This document shows, in pieces, positions 1 to 12,536 of a stretch of 45,764 bases of DNA. Below the pieces are notes generated by a model. That model was not told the origin of the DNA. It saw only the letters and a list, made by a program, of their open reading frames with translations, and made no database searches. This DNA is from Perkinsus chesapeaki ATCC PRA-425 (lineage: Eukaryota > Protista > Perkinsozoa): NCBI GenBank assembly GCA_013115145.1, contig JAAPAO010000262.1, forward strand, positions 1-45,764, given 5' to 3'. Position 1 is the stretch's first letter, and each line of letters opens with the position of its first letter. A program made the position numbers and the translations under genes.

Positions 1-66
1 TAGTCTAGTGGTTATGACGTCTGCCTTACACGCAGAAGGTCGCGAGTTCGATCCTCGCTCCTGGTA
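1..66 (+). tRNA. trnV-TAC: tRNA-Val(TAC), first 7 nt outside the window
   Basis: Anticodon arm TCTGC-CTTACAC-GCAGA; T arm GCGAG-TTCGATC-CTCGC; 3' end TCCTGGTA; near-identical to the complete copy at 3426-3498. Confidence 0.9.
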
Positions 67-122
67 TAGTATCCTGATAAATGGCTTACATAAAAGAAGA
101 AAGTACCCATTTTTACGACGTC

Positions 123-216
123 GCCGGGATAGTCTAGTGGTTATGACGTCGCCGGGATAGTCTAGTGGTTATGACGTCAGAAGGTCGTTACACGCTGAAC
201 GTCGTTAGTTCGCTCC
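123..216 (+). pseudogene. Rearranged tRNA-Val relic with a 28-bp tandem duplication of the tRNA 5' part
   Basis: GCCGGGATAGTCTAGTGGTTATGACGTC occurs at 123-150 and 151-178, followed by out-of-order tRNA pieces AGAAGGTCG, TTACACGC and a degenerate GTTCGCTCC. Confidence 0.6.
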
Positions 217-721
217 TTAGTTGCTTGTTAAACTGAACAAGTAGGTTAGTATTTTTAAATCTGAACCCTCCGATGGGAATCAAAACATTTGCGTTTTCGC
301 TTAAACGCTACAGCGCTAGTCTAGCCGCTAGACTCAAGCGTCTGCGCTACATTGAAGGGAATTGAAATTGAACTATTCGCCTTGTCTGCATTTTCTAGTA
401 CTGTGTGGCGTCTATCCGACGCGATGTAGAATGGATTGGGAAACTCTATGGCATAAAGTCCACGCTCCATTACTAGGGAACCTGAAAGTTACTTCAGACT
501 GATCTCTATCCATGCATGCACTGCTTTCGCATACACCCTTGCGGTTGGAAGGAAGCGGATGCTGTCTACTGGAGAGAGTGAACGAAGCATGAAAGCGGCA
601 CGACAAGATGTTATCTCTACCCCATCGACGGGATTGGTAGCTGGTCAGACCATGAGTTTTGTGACATGGTGTAGCTGGCCCGGGATCAGGCTAACGCAAC
701 CCTAATATTTCGGATGCGACA

Positions 722-3700
722 TCATTCTGGGGAATGATCAGTGGCATGGACGCGCGCGTTTTTGATGCTTGTGGCATTAATTTTAGCTGCGTAGGGCAGC
801 GCCTCTGCTTGTCTCTTCGAAAGGAGATCCTCTTGAGCCCGCTGTAACGTATGGGCGCTGTTAACAGCCGTCCTCCTCACCATACGACGGTAGTCATCTT
901 CGACTTTGGCTTTCGCCATGGCTGCGTCGTACCTTCAATGCAGCGTATTCAAGTACATTCATTTTTCTGGATTGGAAGCTCGGTTTTGTCGTTCAAGAGT
1001 TCGGAGCTTCAACGACAGGGACATGAGCTCACCACAAATACCTCGTCCTCATATCCTCAGTCTCAGACTTGGCTTGGGCAACATTCATTTCTCTTATTGC
1101 CTTCTCCTGCGATAATACCTGCAAAGTAATCAGTCAACCCACGTCGTCCCTTTCGTCCCATAAACCGAGCACGAATACGATCGTATGGCGCCAGTATGCT
1201 GCGGTCAATGAGACATGCCGCATTGATGGATCGCCAAAATCTCACCTTAAGTTGTCTGGACTTATCATCAAGTAGAACCTTCTGACGATGATAAGCTTCC
1301 CTGAAAGGTCATTGACCAATCGGTGGAAATTGTCCAGAGTAGGAAGAACCGAAAACGGGAAGTTCTTTCACACCTCCTCCGCCCCTTATGGAGTTCTTTC
1401 TGCCGCATGGTCGCAATTTTCTTAGAAGACTCCGCCAGAGCTGCTCTCTTTCTAGTGATCTCCATCAACTCCTGAGAAGCGAATCATCCACCCGTAAAAT
1501 AGAGAACAGTGACTTCACTGTACGTAGCTACTTCCTGCAGTCGTCGCTCCTCAGCTAACCGTTGACGCTTTTTTTCGGCAATCTTTTCTGTAACTTCAAG
1601 AACCGCTTTCTCGTGTATTTCTCTTTCTAGCTCAGCTTCCTAATGTCGGTAAATTGAAGGCTGCTTCCAAACACGCTATAGAGACTACGTCCGCTTTGGC
1701 CTGCGCCTCCCGCCGGTGCCGCTCATCGGCTTCAATGCGGGCCTGCTGTCTGACTGCGGATAATTGCTCAGCTTTTGCTAGGAGAGATTCTTGCTGGATT
1801 CGCTTTTGTTCAAGATTATGGGCCCTCCTGTATAGCGGTGTCCCATGCAGTAGCCTCATACTCTTAAGCAGCTCCTACCTGTTAACGCGTTCTGCCTCAT
1901 CGGCCTCCCTCGCCAGCTTTAACCGTTCTTTCAGCTCAGAGAGGGACATCTCTTCTAGTAAGCCATGGTGAGGTACCTCCGACGGATCATAGGCACTCGT
2001 TTTCACCTGTTCAGTCAAACTGCTGACCATTTGAGAGCTAGTTCCTACAACGCTAACTCTCTCCAAGGCTCTTATCTGCATTATCATGTCCTTTCTCCTT
2101 TCCATCTCATATTCGTCTTCTCTAAAAGCAACAAGGCAGTCGCTTCTCGCAAGCTAGAATGCAGCGCTGTCGCCGACCAAACGATAGATGTGGTAGGTAG
2201 CTTACAACTTTTTTCTCTCGAACTCTTTCGCTTTTTCTTCTCTAAGCCTTTCAGCTTCCGCAGCTTTTAACTCCGCAACTTTCCTCTCGGCAACGCGTGG
2301 ATTCTCGCGCTAATAATACCCAGACTCAGAATATCGTCCAGAAACCTTCATCACCTCCGACTGCACGATAGTAACAAGGTCACGTTTCTGCTCCAGAGCC
2401 TGAGCGTATGATGGTTGATTTCAATAGTATGACTCAGTATTTTGAATGCGATAAAGGGCGGGGCACCTCTTCAATCTCTCTCTCGGCTTCTTCGAGCTTC
2501 ACCCGAACTGTTTCCTTTTGTATATTGGCCAGCATATTGTTCTTCCTATGCAGGTCGCTAGAGGCTTCGGCTGCTTGCTCTCGAGCCAAATGCATCTCTA
2601 GCTGAGCAGCTTATGCCTCAACGCATCACCGATTACACCGAGCTACCAACCTTGCGACGCTCGACTCGGAGCTTCTCGTCCAATTCGTCTTGGGCGTACA
2701 TCTTGTTCTGCCACCTAGGACCATGACGATGGTTATGCGAGGTGTGAATTGCCTATTGCGGCGCTACTCATGGAATTCTGAACCGTCTCTCAGCTCCGTG
2801 AGGTACTTCTTCAAAATGTCGTGCTCGGTTTCCTGCTTCCTAGTCAATAGGGAGTATTCTCTAAGGCAGAAGGAGTACAAGTACTTCAGATGCGACCGAT
2901 TTCAGATCTCCAAACGGTTTGGAGATCTGAAATTGCCTTTGACCAAACCACACCGGATGCCTGGAGCCATAAAGGAGAAGTACGACGTCAGTCTACCTCA
3001 ACAAGCTTGCCGCTGTTGCTTTAACTTCGGATTCTGGAAGCGTCTTCGGAACGGGTTTCGCCGGGCTAGGATGGAATGTACATTCAGAAAGCTGTCGCTC
3101 ATTAAGTTCCTATACAGCTTGACTGTATGATAGTGGGCCGGGAGGAGTTACGTCGTACTTTCCGTAGGCTTTCGATGTCTGCAGCACGGTTGGCTGTAGA
3201 TAGGGTCGGAACCAGATCGTCATTATACTTGGATAGCGTTTTCTCTTTGGTCTCCAACATGCGTGCCTCATCTCTCTCCTATCAATGTTACCCAACGTTT
3301 TATTCGCATAATAACATTAATAGCATTAGCATTAAGACATCTAGCATGGGCATTCCACAACTCGAGTTAGAGGCAACTTCAGTTAATGCTCGCGGTGTCG
3401 AAGGCCAACATGATTTCAGTAGCAAGCCGGGATAGTCTAGCGGTTATGACGTCTGCCTTACACGCAGAAGGTCGCGGGTTCGATCCCCGCTCCTGGTATT
3501 ATGTACGCAACCACACGCGATTTCGCTCTCCCAGGTAAAGGTTCATAGGTAAGGAATCTCAAGCACAACCTACTTTCACTTTGTCTAATGAATTCGTTTC
3601 CAAGAACTTAGGAACAGGCTTGCTCGTCACCTGCGAGGGAAACGCCTCACTACACAAAAACGTGCAAAAGTATGACAAACGACGGTCCGTCATGACACCC

Positions 3701-5151
3701 ACCGGTTTTGTCGTTTCCTGCGGTTCAGGAAGCTTCCGTGGTTTGGGCTCTGTCAACTTGAAAGGGGAGGGCACTGTGTACCTCCGAAACATCCCTTTGC
3801 TATGAACGATCCCTTCTCGCCCAAGCGGACATACTTCATTTTTGGCTCGATAGGTGGAAGCGTCTCATCCACTTTTGCATCGTTACCAGTAGCCTTGCGT
3901 GATACACTGTTCAAAAGCATGTCGCATTCTGAATTCACATCAGTCTGCTCACGCGGCACAACAAACCGGAAGATGCCTCACCGTGTTGGAGCTTTTCAAT
4001 AGGCCTCAGAATCGTCTCTTCTATGAATCTGTACACACATAGCCTTCTAGGAAACAATCGGGGTGTTGAGACCTATCGTCGTATATCTTGGCCCATTCGG
4101 TGTACACCCACGCCTCGATGGCAGAGCGGTCAAAGGCGAATTCTAGCAACGCTAGCATCGTCGGCGGAGAGCAACCATCCATAAACCTGGATAAAACGTA
4201 GCCCACTAATGCGAAATAGGATGCGTCACAAAACGTTTAAAATGCACCTAGTAAAATACTTTGCAATTAATTAACAGCAAGCGCCGTTATTGATAATACT
4301 ACGATGATTGTATCGATTAATGGTACTGTACAACGAGATGTATGATACATCATGTATCCTCTAACTTAGAGGCTCTAAGAGTGAATGAGCCTACGCTCTC
4401 GAGCTTGGGCCGTAGGTCTCAATAGCTTTAGAATAGTTCGGATGGTAGCTATCAGTGGTGGCAGAAGAATGTAAATGAATAAGTGGATAGGACGGGTAGC
4501 ATGGATAGTTGATAAGCGTCAACTTGAGAAACTACTGCTGAGAACTAGATTCTCAGCCCGGCGCGTGAACTGGTACCAACCTGCTGAGTTCGGGAACTGT
4601 GAGCTCTTCGAGCCTCAGAAAGATAAGATAAGCCAGAATCTGCCAGAGGAATTGATCCTTAGGTACCGGGGAGTGGTTCTCACAGTATAGAGAGTCTGGT
4701 CGCTCCGTTGTGTCACAGCTGGGCGGAACTCCAGAAAGGCTGTCACGAACACCTAGAAATCGAGGCTCGTAAAATGAACTCATTCAGCTCGTTCACTTTA
4801 AGGAACTTCTTGTATCTCATACAGCCGTAGACACACTGACGAATGAACTTCTTGTCTATCTGAAAGTACCGCTGGATAGCTATTGTCGCACGGTGCTAAG
4901 TGACGGCTTAGGTCTCAACAAGTACCAAAAAGTCTACGAAGGGCTTCAGTCTCTTAAACTAGTGTATGAAGAAGCTTCAATCGGTTGGATGCCCACGAGT
5001 TACGTGCACTCACTTCGCTCTTTGCTTGTTTAATCTCATCACAGTAATCGTCAAGGTAACCATCAACGGTCTGTTTGTTGGGATTGAATCCATCTACTGC
5101 TGACACCGTAGCGCGCAATAGTGAAGCATATTGGGCTGCGGAGCCTAGCAT
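722..5151 (-). CDS. CFAP99: Cilia- and flagella-associated protein 99 homolog, multi-exon
   Basis: GT-AG exon chain read by eye: MLGSAAQY..., FIRQCVYGCMRYKKFLK, ILAYLIFLRLEEL, LLEFAFDRSAIEAWVYTEWAKIYD, TVPSPFKLTEPKPRKLPEP, a long coiled coil, and MIMQIRALE...HGLLEEMSLSELKERL. These match the CFAP99 family pattern as I recall it. Stop TGA at 722-724. Confidence 0.8.
3426..3498 (+). tRNA. trnV-TAC: tRNA-Val(TAC), antisense within a CFAP99 intron
   Basis: Complete 73-nt cloverleaf: acceptor GCCGGGA/TCCTGGT plus A73, anticodon loop CTTACAC, T arm GCGGG-TTCGATC-CCCGC. Confidence 0.95.
4337..4358. mobile_element. Perfect 22-bp putative transposon excision footprint (8-mer GATGTATC)
   Basis: GATGTAT-G-ATACAT-C-ATGTATC, inside the 394-nt CFAP99 intron (4187-4580). 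Confidence 0.7.
4358..4379. mobile_element. Perfect 22-bp putative excision footprint (8-mer CCTCTAAG)
   Basis: CCTCTAA-C-TTAGAG-G-CTCTAAG; shares one base with the previous footprint. Confidence 0.7.
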
Positions 5152-5600
5152 AGCGGCCAGCGAAAAGCGGACTGCTGAAGTAGACTCTACTTAGCCAGTT
5201 CTACTTAGAAGATATATCCGAAGGCGGATAGAGCAGTAAACAGAGTGAGTGACGAGTAGGATATCACGAGTAAATAAAGCTAGTAATAGCGTGGTACGAC
5301 AATTGTGCGATAGACAGGAATTGTGTGAGTAACCCACAGTGGGTTATATTGTACAACAGGGAGTTCTCTTAGCAAATGGTTACTGTTGAGTTCAATCTAT
5401 AGTTTCAACAGCTGAATGCAGACTCTCATCTGGAGCTCATGCGCTAGTAACTCGCCATGCCTCGCATTTCAATCGCTTCGATTCCTTTCATATGATTTTG
5501 CTATATTTGTAAATTAAGCCGTAACATGCAATCTCTACTATGACACTACCAGCTTGATTGGTACTCAACACAACATGTGGTGCAGCAAGTGGAAGCTTAA

Positions 5601-7497
5601 TTACCCGCCTTCGACCACCATGGGCTCCGCAGACAGACCACTTCCCAGGCAGGATCCTTCTCGAATCCTCTCTTCAAGAGCAGATGCTTTCATTTCAAGA
5701 TTTGGTAATTCTTTCGGCAACTTTGATCTCATAGAGGACTGACAAAAGTGCAACACCATATGAAGATCTCAGCGATAGTATCGGCATGAGCCTCATACTA
5801 TAAGGAAATAGCTAGGGACGAACACTTCGTACCATATTGACACTCGCGCTAGTAGTAGTTATAAGTTATAACTTATAACTAGATAGCATCGGTAGTATTT
5901 TTTCATGCGGCTCAATAACACGTACAAACTAGGCTTTGCAGGGTGGCAAAGATTATGGTAGCAATAAGCCATGAGCCATTCCCCGCGTACAAGGACATGC
6001 GGTAGCCCTTTCTCCTTGAGGAATAGGCAGTTGTTTTGCATACCATCACGGGTGAGCAAGTCAAATACCAGCAAAGCAGACTCGATGTACTCGACAAGAC
6101 CAGCATCAAGGCCGGAACCTTCTGCACTAGGAACTGAGCATGACAGCAGTAGCAGTGGTACTGAGGGCTATTGCGACCGATAAAGGATAACGGGTATATG
6201 CAAGAGGCCACGAACATAACAATAGAAGTCGATATGATGAGCTAAGACAAAAACCAACAGTGATTCCAAGGTAGAACAGTAGGTCGGCACCACTATGCGA
6301 TCCTTCATTTCAGACGGGAGAGGCAATGATATGCAGATGGCTCACTTAGGCGAATGAAGAGTTCTCCAAGATCTCTGACGAGCACGCCCGTCACGGCGTC
6401 ACGAACGGCAACGGTTTCCTCTTCGCTTAGCTCCCAGCATAGGCTATGGATTGCGCAGAGGCACAAGGCTTGGTTACCGCTACGCGCAGGGGCACTGCCA
6501 AAGGCTCTCAGGATACAATCGACTGTAGTAGGGAATCTGACAGCCGGAGGTTCGCCTAACACAGTGAAGGGACTACTGACTCTGTTAGGCAATGTTTGCG
6601 CGCTTCCTTGTCACGGCAGATGTCGCCAAGAAACTTGCACGCATGCGCAACAACGGTTGCCTTGCTCCTGAAGCATAGACGGTGACACCGTGGCTAAGAC
6701 TGGACTAATGTACTTGGTATCACAGTTGGTTTTGATGATTTGTGCTGCGGCTCGGGCGGCACTAGTGAACATGCCGGCCCCATGCTGTGCCTTCATGGGG
6801 CCGGTATCGGCATTCAAGCAACATAACATCTTCAAACTCGCCAGTATCAACAAGTCGTCCTAATCACTACAATCAGCCGTTACAGTGGCCTCGCTGAACT
6901 AAATGAAGTCATTTGCGTGGATAAAAAAATCCCTTACAAATTCTACCATACACTTTATATACAGGAAGAATACACATACAGGGTATACATAATATATTAA
7001 ACACTTTACGGTGACTCGCCATCGCGCCAGTGGCGGGACTATGCCGCTAGATGTACGCCACCCTAGCGAGAGCTTCGGAGAAGTTTTGTCAAAAGTGAGA
7101 TGCACTGGCATATCACCCTCTCGTAGGAGAAAGAATCTTCAATGAGTATTAGGACCTCGAAAGACATAGCTCGACTGTATGAAGCTTACCTTGATCGATA
7201 GATTTATCGTAGTCGTTTCGAGAAGACCGGATCCTTCCAATGACTCTTTAACACCGGTACATGATAACACCATAGAGGTTGTAGCTTTTGTGATCTCTGT
7301 TCTCAACACTAACGCCTTCTCTTTTCGTAGAGCACGTAACAGCGCACCAGCGAGAATCTTGACACAACTTGTTGTCCCTCAGAGAGCTTCAAGTAACTCA
7401 CCTCAGAAGGTTCGGTTACCGTGGCATCTTGCCTACACGCAGAACTTGGTGTAGTTGAGCCTGAACTCGCGGCGCTTGCCTCAGCTGTACGTTTCAT
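5601..7497 (-). CDS. Hypothetical multi-exon protein, possibly with membrane segments; boundaries tentative
   Basis: Coding-like segments flanked by GT/AG (MKRTAEASAASSG..., CVKILAGALLRALRKEKALVL, IISTSIVMFVASCIYPLSF, LEMKASALEERIREG...VEGG*). No family recognised. Confidence 0.3.
5858..5879. mobile_element. Perfect 22-bp putative excision footprint (8-mer GTTATAAC) within a 26-bp perfect palindrome (5856-5881)
   Basis: GTTATAA-G-TTATAA-C-TTATAAC. The 8-mer is itself palindromic and low in complexity, so this copy is weaker evidence. Confidence 0.55.
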
Positions 7498-7639
7498 CGC
7501 AGCTATTTTCCTGCCCCAAACTTCCAAGATTTAAATAGTGGAGCTTAATGCCTACTCGCACACGCATATCTTCAAGGTCAGCGACGAACTAGGATGCCCG
7601 AGCAGATTGGCGAAAATAAGCTTCACTGCCTCCCCGGGC

Positions 7640-10600
7640 TCAGAAGGAGGACCATCTTCAACCTTTAGTAGGCTTGTCAGCATGCCGGTCTCAACGAGCG
7701 CCTGATCACTACTACGCCAACGAACGAGTGGGGTGCGTTGCTCACCTCCATCACTTCAGAGTTATAAGTGCAATCGTGGAACTTGTTAGTTTTACCAGCA
7801 ACCAGTCTGATGTCATCTGGTTGGTACGAAACGTCGAAATCACAGTGACGGACATGGAGAAGGAAGCATAGGAGGCCTTATGAAAAATACAAGGTAAACG
7901 GCAAAGGTATTCGCGCTCACTTCGGATGGATTCTTTCCCTAATGTGGAGCTTATTTCTGGAAATACTGATAGTATAGTTTTTAAGGTAAGTCTGCTGCCA
8001 AGAAGGCCGCCGTTGACGCAGTGGGCCAGATATGAGGCTGCCCTACTGTACCTATAAAGCGCTGGCGATGACCCCAAGTATAAGACAAGGCAATGCTTCT
8101 AGCTATAGGGAGCTGCTAAATAGAGCAGAGGACAACCACTGCTCTTGATACACTGTTTGGCATCGTGAGAACTCAAGGAATACGTACCACGCATTCCGAA
8201 CAGCTTCGCTTTCATTATTTCCACCACCGAGGAGGCCGCCAACTCCCTACGACCAAGATAACAATGTGATGTACAGCGTTATGTCTGACCTCTACAACAG
8301 CCCACTTTAGTTCCTCAATCATTTCACACAGACTACTTCTCGTTGAAGCATGCTCACCGATGGAAGACAGCAAATCCTAGAATGCCAACTGGGATGAGCA
8401 GCCAGAAAACTCGCTAATCAAACCTGCCTTTTTATCATGTAACAGACCCTCTTTTTGAAGGAGTACGATAGTAGTAGCGACTGTTTTCTTGGCGTGTACC
8501 TCACAAAGGTGCCTCAGGTAATACAATAGGTGAGAATCTTACAATAGAATGAGGACGTATGTCCAATCGTGCATCGAGCCATCTATAAGCTTTCGCGTTC
8601 AACATTAACGCGTCTACCTTCGCCTGGAGCATGTCCACGTACCTGGACGGTGTAGCAGCAATCTCATCGCTAAGCCGGTATGCACATAAATACAGTGAAG
8701 GTAGTTTCATGATTTCCTATGAACAAGGGGGATCCTTCTTAAAGGAGCGTATTTATATCAGGCGATCGCAAAGGGTGACTCTGCCATATGACTGTAGCGG
8801 ATTCCAGACACGCTCCCTCAGACTGAGGGGGGGGCTCAGTCTTGATGTTATACGCCGCCGCCTTGGGATTCATCAACGTAAAGAGTACCGAATCGTTTCC
8901 TTATGCAACTAGAGTTGTGTTCAGACAAGTTGTGCAGCAACGACGTTCGTCAGCGTTGGCTTTACAACTTGACGGTCTTCTCCGTTCGGAAGTGCAGCAG
9001 TACGCGCCCCCATATCGACATAACAATAAACGTCCAACAAAGCAGTTAGAATTCCATCATACAGTACAGAGGCTTCAACTTACACCGTAGACTTCTCATT
9101 CAAAGTAGTGACCGAATCTGCCACCAACCGACACTCCATTATGAGATCCTCGTCTGTGAAACTACACAAGAGACATCCAAGGGCAGCCCGCACGATATCG
9201 TATCTCACCGTCCCTTCCCCATGATCTTCATCGGGCAGTTAACCGTTATAGTGATATCTTGATACGTATCCATCAACGGTGGTATGTACTTCCTATAAAG
9301 AGGGAGCGATGGGGAACCACTCACAGTGCCTACCTTCGGAGCAACACACATGCCGATGCCACCGACATCGTTTTAAGAATGAATTCCCAACCCTGCCAGG
9401 CAGCAAGATCGTCACACAGGTTCATGCGCTTCATGTACGGCCCTTCTCTACCATACAGGATAACCAACTCTATAGCGTAGATAGTCCTTACCGAAGAATG
9501 CTGAACCATTCATCCTCTTTATCATTCTCTACGATGACAAGTTTGTGTTCAGTCGCTAGAAACCTAATCAGCGTCCAATAACTGTAGGCCATTTGTGAAG
9601 TATCTCGGAGCTTGTTTCTCAGCATTTTACTGGGAGGAAAACTACAGTAAACGTCTCACATTCTCTATTGCCTAAGATCATTGTCCTTCAGCATGAGAAT
9701 CGCTGCTAGCTCACAAAGTATGGAACCTACCTGAGGTCCACTTCTCCCTCCTCAGAAACAAACTTGCCGTCGCCGATTTCAATAATACACTGCACACAGC
9801 GAGCAATCATAACTCAGCTGACCTAGCTGCCATCTACCTCGATGCCTTTATCGTCTATGAAACGGAACTCTCGATCTGTCGGCTTAATTTGCCGACATTT
9901 CCATGATTCTGCTTGGTAATCCTCTCGCATGAATACGTAATATCCTTCGACCTGTTTCTTAACACACCCACGGAACGGCTGGACTGGGACAAAGGGAAGT
10001 GTGGTCTAATGAAGATAGGAAGAGTTACATAGGGAATCCTGAGCGAAGTTACCTCTGAAGCACCTGCCGCTGCACCAAGGGAAAATTCCACTACTGGAAG
10101 GTATCTTAGTTTGTCTGATTTACACATGTAATGGGTTTGCCAGGCAATGATGAGGTGGCTTAAAAGGGAATGTCGACCATCGGATGCTATCGGGACCTAA
10201 GCTAGTACTTTTAAGACATATCGGAGTAAAGTACGGAAATGTTGAACTTCATCCACGCTGGAATGAAGGAAAAAGAACGAAGAGGCCGTAGCTCCAGGCG
10301 AGCAGGAAATGAGCGGCAACTTCTGTAGCTCAAGTTAGTACGAAACAGGCAAGTAGTAGCATGCCTCATTAAGTTAGTAAGAGCGACATAGACCTGACTA
10401 GGGGCGATCGAAAGCAGACCTTCTAGAGACCTATACAAGTGCAGTTCCATATGCCCAAGACAAAAGCCAGGAATTACGGGCTGAAGGAGGCACCAGACCA
10501 AAACCGTGGAATATACCTGGTCATCTTGCCAACCTCCATCTTGATGGCTCCCGAGGATTAATAGTAATGCCGAGTTGTTAGCTGGGTCCACCACAACCTG

Positions 10601-10866
10601 TCATAGGACGATGCGTTAGGAGTAGTAATTTCCAATTTTCGTGTGACCTTGTCAATCCACTCATAGTCTATTGTGCCACCGTTAATAGTTCCTTTCATAT
10701 TCATCTTTACCATGTAAAGGCAGCTTCGCCCAATACAGATGTAACACAGCTTAGGTTTACCGCCTCTTTTAGTCGTAACAACTTCAAAGTACCGTAGTGA
10801 TTCATCGTTTTTTGGATCAACTATGCGAGAAGCAAGTGCACTTAGAATGACTGGGTCGGTGGACAT
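7640..10866 (-). CDS. Large multi-exon protein of unknown function; 3' end tentative
   Basis: Clean exons: MSTDPVILSAL...LCYICIGRSCLYMVK...IDYEWIDK, VVVDPANNSALLLIL, VQPFRGCVKKQVEGYYVFMREDY, GPYMKRMNLCDDLAAWQGWEFILKT...CVLLRR, KYIPPLMDTYQDITITV. Confidence 0.55.
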
Positions 10867-10871
10867 CTACA

Positions 10872-11755
10872 TCAACAAAAACAAACTACACCAGGACGAC
10901 TCGTGCTGTACGAGTAAACTATCGAAAGAAGAGAGACGTTAAGGAAGGGTTTAACCGGGGTGCTCTTGCTTGTTCCTGGTTCATATAGACGAACACAAGG
11001 CGATAAGGGAGTCAATAAAAGCTTCTTCCTACTCAGTTGGCTCTCGCAAGAGCTCGCGGGAAATTCCGTCGCCGTCTTCTTAGAATCCTCATTTTGAAGA
11101 TGTATAACTCCGTCGTCACTCTGAGCAGGCTCTGAGGGTCGCACTGCCGCCTCGCTGTGCGAACAGATAGCAACGGTAAAAGTTTTATGCCCTGCGTATA
11201 TCACCATACCGGGAGGCGACGTACTTCGAGAGTCCATTGAGGGCTTCCGGGCTGTGGCCGGAATGGTTAACGTCTGGGGCTGTGTTGATGGGACTCATGT
11301 GGCTTGTGGAAAAGTACGTGTTTCGGTTGCGCATTGCGGAGGTCGAGTTTTCCAAGTTCGGCACTGTTTCCAATCCAAGGACATAATTCCGTGCAATCAC
11401 TTTAACACAGTAAACATCGCCCGGAAACTCAGCTCGGGCAGATAGCCTGGAAAGGTCCCCTTTCCAAGCGGTTCCACTTCAATAGACGGGGGTTGGATAC
11501 CCAACCGATGGAATTGGAACCCGGATTTTCCGACGTGGAATTGGAACCCGGAAGCGATGTTCACTTTAATCGGCCCCTGACCGCACCGCAAGCACTGACG
11601 CGGGATGAGGGCGTCAATCTTATCAGGAGCAGCGGGGAACCCAACCGGTTAACAAACCGTGCGCTGTGACAATGAAATCGTGCTGTTAAAGGCACTTGTG
11701 TGATCTCCCTGGCGCACAATTCTTTTCCTATTTCTATGCCATCTTCCGCGTCCAT
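10872..11755 (-). CDS. Hypothetical multi-exon protein
   Basis: ORF segments (MDAEDGIEIGKELC..., AWKGDLSRLSARAEFPGDVYCVKVIARNY..., SEAAVRPSEPAQSDDG...) linked by plausible short GT-AG introns. Confidence 0.35.
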
Positions 11756-12536
11756 TTGTCTCCCCTTTGTTGTGTGCTAAGAGAATTCCGAGCTGGTAGC
11801 CGAGGCTGATGAAGCATGCAGCACTCGGCTATACAGGACAAGCTTTGGGAGAGGCCTCACGCTTAAATGACTAGGCGCTTACTGAAGGGGCGTGCTCCAC
11901 TGATGGACGTCGACGTGCAGTGCGAGAACACCAGCCGGGTAACCGCGATATAATGGATGACACGTCGCAATGACGACATAAGCGATGGTAATTCACCAGG
12001 AGCTAGCCATGAGCGTTTGAAAACAAGCAGTTACGACTCTAATAACGGCTCAACAATGAGTAAGGTTATGCATCGATGCTATATTGTGGCGCGCACAATC
12101 TGCGCCACGTGCAGTGCACGCCGTGCACATTTCAGCTTCGCCCGGCGAAGTTACTCCTGCCACAGGATCAGTGATATAAAGTCATGAGCGTTACGCCGGA
12201 ACCGTAGTCGTTACGATGTAGTCGCTGTACTGTACTGATCAACGTTGGAAAAAACTTCAAATGAAATGGGTTTCCCCGCCTGGTGGGGTGACGCTTTTTC
12301 CACCTGAAGTGACTGAAAACACAGACTGAAGTGGAGAAAGCGCCAGTCTCAGACTGAAGTCTTCAGTCCGATCGTTACGCCTTGTTATACCCGAGGCTAG
12401 TCCCTCTCCGCTGAGGCCACCATTATCAGAATCTCCGGCGTTGAGTTCTGGCGCACTCATCTATTGCGTACCGCCTACTTTGAACGCTCTGCTCTCTTCT
12501 GCAGTAGTAGGCTATCCTTGTGGTTGTGGTAGTTCT

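Noticed and set aside
412-3435. Numerous 60-146 aa plus-strand ORFs over CFAP99, and similar antisense ORFs elsewhere
   Set aside because: They are shadow ORFs of real coding exons.
11509-11552. 17-bp direct repeat TGGAATTGGAACCCGGA
   Set aside because: Only two copies 27 bp apart; an ordinary local duplication with nothing further to support a function.
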